A DNA stretch of 28,107 nt from a virus (lineage: Duplodnaviria > Caudoviricetes). A program made the position numbers and the translations under genes. How positions within the stretch are numbered: the first letter of the stretch is position 1; each line of letters begins with the position of its first letter. The notes under the pieces are model-generated. The model saw only the letters and a list, made by a program, of their open reading frames with translations, was not told where the DNA came from and searched no databases. The stretch covers positions 1 through 28,107 of IMG/VR virus record IMGVR_UViG_3300037264_006520. One strand, 5' to 3'. Positions 17,076-26,003 of the stretch are shown here, piece after piece.

Positions 17076-17528
17076 ATGAAGTTAAAAAAAGAATTTGATT
17101 TTCTTTTACAAGATGAAATTATTTATTCTGACGGGCAGGGTAATGCCGTTAAAACCAAAAAGCTTTTTGTAAAAGCTCCGTCGCCAAAGCAGAAAAAATA
17201 CGCTTATAAATTGCAGCAAAAATTTATGCAGGCGTTAAAAGGCAATTTGGCAGACATGCAAAAAAACAATTCTTCTTCTGCGGCTGAAAGCAAATCGGAT
17301 TCAGAAAAACTTGATGGATCAGCGATTATTACCGCGCTACTGATGTCAAATGTTGATATTAATGATTTCATGGATGATTTGAAATGTCTTCTAACTTCAG
17401 GCTCATGCTTGATAGATGGAAAGGTTGAGCTTATTGAGCTTTGGTTTGAGCAATTTGGATTTGACGATCAAGAAAAATTACTTGGGGAGTATATAGCAAG
17501 TTTTTTGTTACCTTCAGTTATGAGGTAG
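17076..17528 (+). CDS. Tail assembly chaperone (gpG/gpE-like)
   Basis: Between tube and tape measure; AGAGG SD; slippery site near the 3' end. Confidence 0.8.
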   Translation: MKLKKEFDFLLQDEIIYSDGQGNAVKTKKLFVKAPSPKQKKYAYKLQQKFMQALKGNLADMQKNNSSSAAESKSDSEKLDGSAIITALLMSNVDINDFMDDLKCLLTSGSCLIDGKVELIELWFEQFGFDDQEKLLGEYIASFLLPSVMR

Positions 17529-17701
17529 CCGACGATGAAATTGGCGAGTTGGTCGCCAATTTAATGGTTTATTACAAAGGCGCTGTTACTTATAAAGAAT
17601 TTCAAAACATGCCCATTCCAGAAATTTTAAAGCTTCAAGAATATGCGGAAAAAATAAATAAAAAACAGCAGGCAGAATTGGAGCGACAAACAAAAAGGTG
17701 A
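17501..17701 (+). CDS. -1 frameshift extension of the tail assembly chaperone (gpGT/gpE'-like; fusion about 208 aa)
   Basis: In-frame T TTT TTG at 17501-17507; -1 frame open to TGA 17699-17701 (VTFSYEVADDEIGELVANLMVYYKGAVTYKEFQNMPIPEILKLQEYAEKINKKQQAELERQTKR). Confidence 0.8.
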   Translation, partial: FFVTFSYEVADDEIGELVANLMVYYKGAVTYKEFQNMPIPEILKLQEYAEKINKKQQAELERQTKR

Positions 17702-17705
17702 TTAA

Positions 17706-19034
17706 ATGTCTCTCTATAATGTATTAATAAAATTTCTAGGCGTAGATGCTGTTAGTCCGCAGATCAAAAAAATCACCAGTTCAATGGAAACCCTTCAAAA
17801 ACGACTCGCCAAAGGAAGCAGTCATATTAAAGATTTTAGCCGTGCAATGTTAAAAATTTCCGCTGTGCTTGGTGGCGTTGGCATTTATGCTTTAAAAAAT
17901 GCTGATGATTTTGAAATTATGGAAAATCAATTGCGCGCGACAACTGGCTCTTTAGTCGAAGCTAAACAGATCATGGAAAGCATAACTAAATTTTCTTTAA
18001 AAGAACCATTTGCATTTGAAGAAGTATCTGGAGCTGCAAAAGCCTTATCTGCCGCAAGAGTACCTATCAAAGAAATAAATAAATATTTAGATATGTTAGG
18101 AAATATTTCCGCTGGTTCAGGTCAAAAACTTGAATTGTTAACAGAGCAATTGCTTAAAATGAAGGCTGGGCAGCGGCAATATACGATACTAACTCAGATG
18201 GAAAGAGCCGGAATACCACTTAAGACTGAACTATATAAGCTTGCTAAATTGCATGGATATTCTGAACAAGCGTTTGATAAAGCGGCTAAAAAGGGAAAAA
18301 TTAGTTTTGCACTTATACTCGAGGGTTATGCGGAACTTGAAAAAAGATATGCCGGCGCTATGGAGCGGCAAGCGGCAACTATTGAAGGATCGATGAAAAG
18401 GGCTCACAACATGCTAAGGGTTTTTGCAAAAGATTTAGGCGATTCATTGGCTGAGGTTTACGGCATAAAAGAGGGTTTAAAAGGCGCGCTTGATATCGTC
18501 GCTGAATTTGAACCCATTTTTAAAAAATTTTTAAATACAAATCCAGAAATGGTTAAATTAATAAGCAATAGTGTTATTTTTTTAGGCGTTCTTGGCTTGA
18601 TAGGTTATGCGTGCTGGTATATTGAGCGGGGCATAGTTGGCATTAAAATTGCTTTTCTTGCTTTGCGTGGTTTGGCATTAGTGATTTTAGCTAATCCTTT
18701 AGTATTTGCGGCGATAGCGGTATATGCCTTGACGGAAGCTTTTGAAAAATTGTCCGATTTGATTAAAGGAGGCGGACTAGATTGGAGCGGGATAGCTGAA
18801 GGAATTGGCAACATGTTTAAGCATCCTGAGGCCATGTCTTTTGGGGCATTTTTCCCTAATAAACAAGGAGAAGCGTCAATAAACAAAGATGTGGCGACAA
18901 CAAATACTACTCAACAAAAAGTCGGTGTTGATATTACCTTGAAGGGGCTTGTTAATGCTATATCAGCTCTAACGACAACAGGCGCGGCTAATACTTCGGT
19001 AACAAGCAATGGATCAAATAACGCGCCAATATAA
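17706..19034 (+). CDS. Tape measure protein (short)
   Basis: Helical; FSLKEPFAFEEV, LGNISAGSG, GIP, YAGAMERQAATIEG; hydrophobic segments; follows the chaperones. Confidence 0.88.
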   Translation: MSLYNVLIKFLGVDAVSPQIKKITSSMETLQKRLAKGSSHIKDFSRAMLKISAVLGGVGIYALKNADDFEIMENQLRATTGSLVEAKQIMESITKFSLKEPFAFEEVSGAAKALSAARVPIKEINKYLDMLGNISAGSGQKLELLTEQLLKMKAGQRQYTILTQMERAGIPLKTELYKLAKLHGYSEQAFDKAAKKGKISFALILEGYAELEKRYAGAMERQAATIEGSMKRAHNMLRVFAKDLGDSLAEVYGIKEGLKGALDIVAEFEPIFKKFLNTNPEMVKLISNSVIFLGVLGLIGYACWYIERGIVGIKIAFLALRGLALVILANPLVFAAIAVYALTEAFEKLSDLIKGGGLDWSGIAEGIGNMFKHPEAMSFGAFFPNKQGEASINKDVATTNTTQQKVGVDITLKGLVNAISALTTTGAANTSVTSNGSNNAPI

Positions 19035-19056
19035 AATATAGAGTAAATGTAAATTT

Positions 19057-20250
19057 ATGATTAGCTTATTTAACACATTATTTTCCGCAAGCTTCAAAGG
19101 CGTGCCATTTTTAATTGATGGCAGCGATATGTCTGCCGGAAGAAAAACAGTTATTCACGAATACCCAAATAAAGATTTCAGATCGGTTGAAGATTTGGGA
19201 AAAAATTTACGGACATATAATATCCGCGGAGTATTAAGCGCATCAGATGGAATTACATATCGTATTTTAAAAAATGCTTTACAAAATGCTTTTGATACAA
19301 AAAATTCTGGTACTTTTATTCATCCCGTCGATGGCGCTGTAAATGTTTCGTGCACAAATTATACCTTTACAGAAGATTTTTCAAAAACGGGAGAATTAAA
19401 CTTTACTGCATCGCTTCTTGAAAATTTTGAAAATATTTTCCCTACTTCGACTAAGGGTTCATCAAGTTACATAATAGGCTTGATTGCGACTTTGGGTCCG
19501 GTATTAATAAATTTTTTGTCCACTCAATTTACGATGCGTTTTAAAAAAAATGTTCCTGATGCAGCAACTAAGTTAATAAATTTGAATATAGGATTAAACA
19601 ACTTTTCAACACCAGTTAATACCGCCGACAATTCACTCAGTGTTTTTAAAAATAATAGCGCAAATGTTACTGCCAATAGCGTTTCATTAGTTCAAGACTC
19701 ACCATCTTTAGCAAATTCAATTTCCGATTTGCTTTATTCATTTAATAATTTAGCGGTCAATCCTTATGATGGCTATTTGATGAATGCTACAAATTTTGGA
19801 TTTGGTCGTAATGATAGTTTCATCAATCAAAATACTGGTCAATCTATAGAACGATATAATGATCGATTATCTTTAAACTGTACGGTGAACGCATTATTGC
19901 TCATGAACATGTATAGCAATGCTGCGCTTATTATATATTTGGACAATTTGCAATTAGATAAAATTTCGAAAGATTTAGAAAATAAATATCAATATTTACT
20001 AGCAAATAATAATTTAGATAGTGATACGCTCGATCAATTAGAAACACTTCGCAATGAAATGAGAAAATTTTTCAATACAGTGAGCGTTAATATTAGCAAG
20101 GTTATTGAAATAACAATTAATCCAACTCCATTAACGATTTTGCTCTATACATATTACGAAGATTTTGATAATGAAAATGAAATTTTATCATTAAATAAAA
20201 TTTATGATCCAACAAGAATATATGGAAATATTAAAATAGTAACAGTATGA
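19057..20250 (+). CDS. DNA circularization protein, Mu gpN-like
   Basis: ASFKGVPF, GRKTVIHEYP, VEDLG, GTFIHP. Confidence 0.9.
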   Translation: MISLFNTLFSASFKGVPFLIDGSDMSAGRKTVIHEYPNKDFRSVEDLGKNLRTYNIRGVLSASDGITYRILKNALQNAFDTKNSGTFIHPVDGAVNVSCTNYTFTEDFSKTGELNFTASLLENFENIFPTSTKGSSSYIIGLIATLGPVLINFLSTQFTMRFKKNVPDAATKLINLNIGLNNFSTPVNTADNSLSVFKNNSANVTANSVSLVQDSPSLANSISDLLYSFNNLAVNPYDGYLMNATNFGFGRNDSFINQNTGQSIERYNDRLSLNCTVNALLLMNMYSNAALIIYLDNLQLDKISKDLENKYQYLLANNNLDSDTLDQLETLRNEMRKFFNTVSVNISKVIEITINPTPLTILLYTYYEDFDNENEILSLNKIYDPTRIYGNIKIVTV

Positions 20251-21449
20251 ATAACGTAATGACATTAGAGGCAAATGGTGTAACGTACGATGGTTTTACA
20301 AGTGCCAGAACTTCTGTTTGCATGGAAGATTTAAGCGGGGAATTTTCTTTTTCTTCGGTTAATATAAAAAACATTTTCACACCGATAAAAATTGGCGATA
20401 AATGCAAAATTTATGTAAATGGAAAATCAGTTATTAATGGTTATGTGGAAAAAATTGATGCTGATTATGATGTCAAAAGCCACAATATTTTTATTAGTGG
20501 AAGAGATAAGACCTGTGATGTAATTGATAGTAGCGTTGGAGATAAAATAACTTTTTCTGGTGGAATATCTTTAGTCGAAATGACTAAACAAACATTAGCA
20601 AAAATGAACATTACCGGGATAAATGTAAGCACTACCGTGTCGATGGACCCGTTTAAAAGTAGCGAATTGGAAAATTCAGAAGTATGCGAAACAGTTCATA
20701 CTTTTTTATTAAAATACGCAAAAAAAAGACAAGTATTAATGACTACGGATGGAAGCGGAAATATAATTTTTGTTCGCTCATCTAAAAATACAATTAAAAC
20801 AGTTTTAACGTCTAGTTATAATTCAAAAAGTACAATTTTAAATGCGGCTGTAAAATTTGATGATACAAAAAGATTTTATAAATATATTCTCAATTCACAA
20901 GTTAATCCGTCGTCTCTGGGTGACGATCCGTATGAATTGATTAAGGCTGAAAAAGCATATAATGTTGCGGCTGTCGCATATGATACAGATATAAGACCAT
21001 CTAGAACGTATAATTTTCAGGCTGAAACCCCGCATAAAGAAACAGCCACATCGCCTTTGGTAACAAAATGGAGCGACCTTAAGGCTTATTCATCTTCAGC
21101 GATAAAAGCGGCTCCAGACGCCGATAAAAGAACTATATGGGAATCCAATATAAGAAGAGCAAGGGCATTGACTTATACATGTTCTGTATATGGTTTTAGC
21201 CCAATAGATGATCCGAACATTATTTGGAGACCAAATTTGTTGGTAAATGTTATTGATGAAATTTTAAATTTTACTAGCCAGCTTCTTATTAGGTCAGTGG
21301 TTTATGATTATAGTTTAGATGAAGGCTCTAAAACTACATTGGAGCTTGTAGATAAACAAACTTTTGATCTCGAATTAATAGTTGGCATTAAGGAAAAGAA
21401 GACTAAAAGTGGTGCGGTTGAGGGTTATGATTTTAATGGGGTCAAATAA
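20247..21449 (+). CDS. Baseplate hub, Mu gpP (gp44)-like
   Basis: VINGYVE, SGRDKTCDVIDSS, TTDGSGNI, IWRPNLLVNV, GSKTTLEL. Confidence 0.9.
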   Translation: MNNVMTLEANGVTYDGFTSARTSVCMEDLSGEFSFSSVNIKNIFTPIKIGDKCKIYVNGKSVINGYVEKIDADYDVKSHNIFISGRDKTCDVIDSSVGDKITFSGGISLVEMTKQTLAKMNITGINVSTTVSMDPFKSSELENSEVCETVHTFLLKYAKKRQVLMTTDGSGNIIFVRSSKNTIKTVLTSSYNSKSTILNAAVKFDDTKRFYKYILNSQVNPSSLGDDPYELIKAEKAYNVAAVAYDTDIRPSRTYNFQAETPHKETATSPLVTKWSDLKAYSSSAIKAAPDADKRTIWESNIRRARALTYTCSVYGFSPIDDPNIIWRPNLLVNVIDEILNFTSQLLIRSVVYDYSLDEGSKTTLELVDKQTFDLELIVGIKEKKTKSGAVEGYDFNGVK

Positions 21450-21463
21450 TAATAAATATTGTT

Positions 21464-23035
21464 ATGCAAGAAGTAATAAAAACCATCATTAATAAATTAA
21501 GGAATATCGTTAAGCGTGGTTATATTACCGATTCTACAACTAACGATTCAAGCGCTTATTCGGTTATTCAAGTTAGTTTCCACGGCAAGATTTCTAATGC
21601 AGAAAATTATTATCCTTATGGATACACCGCGATGCCTCCCGAACAAACAACGGTTTTGTTGTTTGGCGTTTCTGCGCAAAGCGATAATTTGATCGGTTTG
21701 CCTTATATGCAAAGCGAAAGATGGAAAGGGCTAGAGATAGGAGAAGTTATTTTTGGCAATCCTATAACGCAAAGTTATATAAAATTTTTACAAAATAATG
21801 ATGTAAAATTATTTACAAAAGGTAATGTTAATGTTGATTTTAGCGGATTGACTCCGGCGAGATTGTTAAGTATTGATGCCAATAAGAATTTAAAAACAAG
21901 CGATTTAATTAACTGGGTTCGCACGCATAACTTAACCGTTGTAGATGATACCAATGGCGGCGTTTATGTTGATATGCCGGGTTCAATAATAGAAAACTGG
22001 ACGTTGCCATTATTGTTCGGATCAAATACCGCGTCAATACAAAAATCAGATGCCACGCATGATGGGTATTTAAGCGCTAGTGATTGGGGCATATTTAATG
22101 GCAAAGAACCAGCAATTGCGGTTGGTACGGCTTTTGAATATTGGCGCGGAGATAAGACTTGGCAAGCCCTGAATGCAACTGCTGTTGGGTTAGGCAATGT
22201 AACAAATGATACGCAAACTAAAGCTGCTATTGTTCCTAATACATCCCCGGCTAGCGGACAAATTCTAATTGGCAATGCAGGCGGAACGGCTTATGCTCCG
22301 CAAACTGTTTCTAACGATATATCGTTGACATCTGCTGGAGCTGTAACCATAGCAAATAATGTCGTTACCAATGCAAAATTAGCTCAATCCGGAGCCAATA
22401 CTTATAAGGGTAACAACACAGGAGTTACGGCGAATTTATCTGATATTGCTACTAACACGGCATTTAATCAGTCTTTTGAAACATCAACAGCGAATATAAA
22501 GCCAAATGGGACAGTAAGCGTTGGCGCGCTTTCTACGATACCTCGTGCAGATCATATTCATGCTTTTAGCGCGACGCTGCCCCTTGCTTACAATGCAGCA
22601 ACAGGGGATATATCGTTAGGTGCTAGAAGCGTATTTATATCAGTAGAAACAAGTGTTAATTTTAATAATTATCGCACCAGAAGCATTGGTGCTGCTGGAA
22701 ATTTTAATTTTAACTTTTTTGTTCCGAATGATTTTACATCGTTAGTAGCATGTTATGTCCAAGGATTTGTTTCTGCTGGTGCAGCCACTACTAACAGAAA
22801 TATTGACATAGACGTGCAGTATAATTCTGGCTCTGGACAATTATATAATCAATTTACAGCATCTGATACAGCAACGGTTTATAATTTAACTGGATTAACA
22901 AATAGATTGTTTAATTTACCAGTAACATCATTATTAACGAGTTTAGTGGCTGGCAGCGTTGGTGGAATTAAAGTTACTCATAATACGCTTGGTGGCGGAA
23001 TAGATTATATTGGGGTTTTATTAATCTATGTATAA
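21464..23035 (+). CDS. Baseplate spike, Mu gp45-like, with long fibre-like C-terminal extension
   Basis: N-terminal YPYGYTAMPP...GLEIGEV; about 395 extra residues with YWRGDKTWQ, VGLGNV, VTNAKLAQ and RADHIH motifs. Confidence 0.8.
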   Translation: MQEVIKTIINKLRNIVKRGYITDSTTNDSSAYSVIQVSFHGKISNAENYYPYGYTAMPPEQTTVLLFGVSAQSDNLIGLPYMQSERWKGLEIGEVIFGNPITQSYIKFLQNNDVKLFTKGNVNVDFSGLTPARLLSIDANKNLKTSDLINWVRTHNLTVVDDTNGGVYVDMPGSIIENWTLPLLFGSNTASIQKSDATHDGYLSASDWGIFNGKEPAIAVGTAFEYWRGDKTWQALNATAVGLGNVTNDTQTKAAIVPNTSPASGQILIGNAGGTAYAPQTVSNDISLTSAGAVTIANNVVTNAKLAQSGANTYKGNNTGVTANLSDIATNTAFNQSFETSTANIKPNGTVSVGALSTIPRADHIHAFSATLPLAYNAATGDISLGARSVFISVETSVNFNNYRTRSIGAAGNFNFNFFVPNDFTSLVACYVQGFVSAGAATTNRNIDIDVQYNSGSGQLYNQFTASDTATVYNLTGLTNRLFNLPVTSLLTSLVAGSVGGIKVTHNTLGGGIDYIGVLLIYV

Positions 23036-23276
23036 ATATTACTACACAAGAGAAATTGCTAATGATGCCTATAATATAGACAATCCATTGCGTGTTGACG
23101 GGCTAGGCAGCCAAATATTTTTAGTCGATGAAATAGAAACTTTATTTCCAAATAAAATATTCAAACTATATTGTGGTAATGATTTGGTGAATGTAGTGTT
23201 TTACGATAGCGCGCTAACAGCTAATGAAAAAATTGATTTAGATGCGTGTGTTTATAATCATAAAAATAATTTGTAG
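23028..23276 (+). CDS. Hypothetical protein (possible spike/fibre chaperone)
   Basis: 82 aa; overlaps the spike stop. Confidence 0.6.
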   Translation: MYKYYYTREIANDAYNIDNPLRVDGLGSQIFLVDEIETLFPNKIFKLYCGNDLVNVVFYDSALTANEKIDLDACVYNHKNNL

Positions 23277-23283
23277 GTAAATT

Positions 23284-23508
23284 ATGTCAAGACCAGATGA
23301 ATATTCTATAAAATTAGATAGGGTTAAAAATCAATTAATGCCAAAACTAATTGAATTATATGAAGAAACATTGCAAATAATTACCGAAGTAAAACTTCTT
23401 CCTGATTATGAAGAGCATGCTACAGTATTAGAAAAAAGTAATTTAGATGTTGTAGAAGCTGATTGCGTTGAAGATATTGAATATTTTAGTAATTTTGTTT
23501 GGAAATAA
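23284..23508 (+). CDS. Hypothetical acidic protein
   Basis: 74 aa; AGGT SD. Confidence 0.6.
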   Translation: MSRPDEYSIKLDRVKNQLMPKLIELYEETLQIITEVKLLPDYEEHATVLEKSNLDVVEADCVEDIEYFSNFVWK

Positions 23509-23520
23509 TATTTTAATCCT

Positions 23521-23979
23521 ATGAAAGACATTTTATTAAATAGCGATAATGGTTATTTGGATTTTAGCATTGAAAACGGCGATTTTAAAATGACCGGCGG
23601 TTTTGAAACTGCTATAATCATGTCAATATTGTGCGAGGCGCGCGCATTAGCAAGCGAAGTTCCAACCGCTGAGCTAAGACGTGGCTGGTGGGGTAATTTA
23701 GTCGGTGATTTTGCCAATTATGAAATAGGTTCTAAAATTTGGTTGTTATATCAATCTAAAAGAACGCCCGACACTTTGGCCTTAATAAAAACCTATGCAA
23801 TAAATGCCTTGCAATGGATGATAAATGACGGCTATATTGATAAAATAGATGCTGATTCAAGTTTTATCGAAGATGGAATTTTTTTAATTATAAAATTGTA
23901 TCGTTCTCAAAATTTAGTCGACTCTGTTGGCTTCAAAATTTGGGAACAAACGAATTTGATAAATATAACAACTGCCTGA
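23521..23979 (+). CDS. Baseplate wedge protein, Mu gp46-like
   Basis: ETAIIMSIL, RRGWWG, IGSKIWLL, ALQWMINDG. Confidence 0.92.
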   Translation: MKDILLNSDNGYLDFSIENGDFKMTGGFETAIIMSILCEARALASEVPTAELRRGWWGNLVGDFANYEIGSKIWLLYQSKRTPDTLALIKTYAINALQWMINDGYIDKIDADSSFIEDGIFLIIKLYRSQNLVDSVGFKIWEQTNLINITTA

Positions 23980-23980
23980 T

Positions 23981-24002
23981 AATAATAACAATAAAATGGT
24001 GG
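23981..24002 (+). promoter_or_regulatory. (AAN)5 leader plus TGGTGG RBS of baseplate J gene
   Basis: AATAATAACAATAAA-ATGGTGG before GTG 24007. Confidence 0.55.
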
Positions 24003-24006
24003 TTTC

Positions 24007-25347
24007 GTGCCTATTAATTATCCTGTAAATCGCAATGAAGTTGCCGATCGGATAAAAACCGATATACAAAATTTATTGCCTGAATTAGAACCTTTTCTAA
24101 GAGATAGTTATATTTGCGCTTTGGCTACCGCAGATGCTGGAAGAGTTTACGATCTTTATGTAGCTATAAAGGCATTGCAAAACGAAATGTTTCCAGATAC
24201 AGCTGATGGAAGTTATTTAGATCGTTGGGGAAATTATAAAGGATTAGCGCGCAATCAAGCCACGACAGCCTCTGGATATATTACTGCCTCTGGTATTGCT
24301 GGTACTGTCATATTAAATACGTCTCTATTGCAATCTACCGTCGGAATTTCTTATCAAGTAACCGGGACTGTAGCTATAAGTTCGCAAACATTGATTGTAG
24401 CAAGTATTATTAGAAGCGGGAGCGTGGCAACTGTTACCACTTCAAGCGAGCACGAATTAGCAACCGGAACTATCGTCGCAATCGCAAATTGTGAGCAGAC
24501 AGAATATAACATTACAGCCACGATAACCGTAACTGGAATCACTACTTTTACCTATTTAGTAACTGGTAATCCAGTTACGCCAGCCACTACCTTGGCTACA
24601 ATTAACGCATTGGTGACTGTTGCATCTTTGCCAATTAAATCTCTGGATTATGGTTCCAATACCAATTTGGAAAGTGGTAATGAATTATTTTTTACTACTC
24701 CTATAGCTGGAGTTAATTCGTCTGCTTATGTTCAATATGGCGGTATAAAAGGTGGGACAGATTTAGAAACTGATGATCAATATCGCGCAAGGATTTTATA
24801 CGCCTATCAGCACCCAATTTCTTATTTTAATGACGCTGAACTAGTAACATTATGCGAAACCATCGGTTTCGTAACAAGGGTTTTTGTACAAGATACAACG
24901 CCAGAAGTTGGGCAAGTTACGATTTATTTTGTGTGCGATAAACAATTTTCTGCTGAAAATCCTACGGCAATCATACCAAATGGCGATCAAGTAGCCCAAG
25001 TTTATGAATTGGTCAAAACAATTAAACCCGCGCATGTCGCGGAGGGAGATATTATTGTTGCGGCTCCAGTGCCGTATGTTGTAGATTTTAGTTTTTCACA
25101 ATTAAATCCCAATAATAATTCTATGCAATTAGCGATTGAAGCGAGTTTACAAAATATGTTTGCTGAAATTCCAAGCGTTGGCGTAAATTTGCCAAAATAC
25201 GCATATGAATCCGCTATTTTTCAAACGGTCGATCCTTCAACTGGCGTGCAAGTGACTAGTTTTACGTTAATAAATCCGGTTGTAGATATTATAGTTACTT
25301 CAAATCAATTGCCAGTTTTAGGGAATATAGATTTTAGCAATGTTTAA
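24007..25347 (+). CDS. Baseplate J / Mu gp47-like protein
   Basis: FPDTADGSYLDRWG..KGLAR, GGTDLETDDQYRARIL, GQVTIYF. Confidence 0.93.
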   Translation: MPINYPVNRNEVADRIKTDIQNLLPELEPFLRDSYICALATADAGRVYDLYVAIKALQNEMFPDTADGSYLDRWGNYKGLARNQATTASGYITASGIAGTVILNTSLLQSTVGISYQVTGTVAISSQTLIVASIIRSGSVATVTTSSEHELATGTIVAIANCEQTEYNITATITVTGITTFTYLVTGNPVTPATTLATINALVTVASLPIKSLDYGSNTNLESGNELFFTTPIAGVNSSAYVQYGGIKGGTDLETDDQYRARILYAYQHPISYFNDAELVTLCETIGFVTRVFVQDTTPEVGQVTIYFVCDKQFSAENPTAIIPNGDQVAQVYELVKTIKPAHVAEGDIIVAAPVPYVVDFSFSQLNPNNNSMQLAIEASLQNMFAEIPSVGVNLPKYAYESAIFQTVDPSTGVQVTSFTLINPVVDIIVTSNQLPVLGNIDFSNV

Positions 25348-25349
25348 AT

Positions 25350-25976
25350 ATGAAAAAAGATTTCACACCAAATACGATAGAAGAAAATACACAGTTTTTT
25401 GCTGGTATGCTGCCGAGCGGACAGCCGTTTGATGCTAAAAATATTTACAATTCTAATTTAAGAAAATTGTTAAGGGCTTTTTCCACGGAAGGATTTAGAG
25501 TGCAAAATAAAATTTACGAATTATCAGAAGAATTTGATATTACCAAAACTGTAAATTTGATTGAAGCATGGGAAAGTTTGCTAGGAATACCTGATCAATG
25601 TTTTGATACTTTGCCTATATATTTAACGATTGAGCAAAGACGCCTTCAAGTATTATGCAAATTTGCCAGAATGAATTTAACTACCGAAAAAAACTGGATA
25701 GATTTAGCAAAGTTGTTTGATATTGATATACAGATCATACATCCTAGCGATAACAGTTCTTTTGATTATACGTTTGATTTTCACATGTACGATGATCGTA
25801 AAAATCAGCGTTTTACGATGATTATAAAATTTTTGCACATGGCTGCGCCTGAAAATGTTTTTAATTGCACATTTGATTTTACTTTTGATGACACCGTGCC
25901 ATTTATTATGTGCTTATTTGATCAAGCGCGACCGGCAAATGTGCATATTGTTTATGAATATGAATTAACTCCTTAA
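25350..25976 (+). CDS. Mu gp48-like (DUF2313/YmfQ) baseplate protein
   Basis: LPSG, LIEAWESLLGIPDQC, TIEQRR, CLFDQARPAN. Confidence 0.9.
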   Translation: MKKDFTPNTIEENTQFFAGMLPSGQPFDAKNIYNSNLRKLLRAFSTEGFRVQNKIYELSEEFDITKTVNLIEAWESLLGIPDQCFDTLPIYLTIEQRRLQVLCKFARMNLTTEKNWIDLAKLFDIDIQIIHPSDNSSFDYTFDFHMYDDRKNQRFTMIIKFLHMAAPENVFNCTFDFTFDDTVPFIMCLFDQARPANVHIVYEYELTP

Positions 25977-25995
25977 AAATAAAAATAATAAGAGG
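25975..25995 (+). promoter_or_regulatory. (AAN)6+AGG leader/RBS of tail fibre gene
   Basis: AAAAATAAAAATAATAAGAGG. Confidence 0.7.
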
Positions 25996-26003
25996 AAATT
26001 AAG

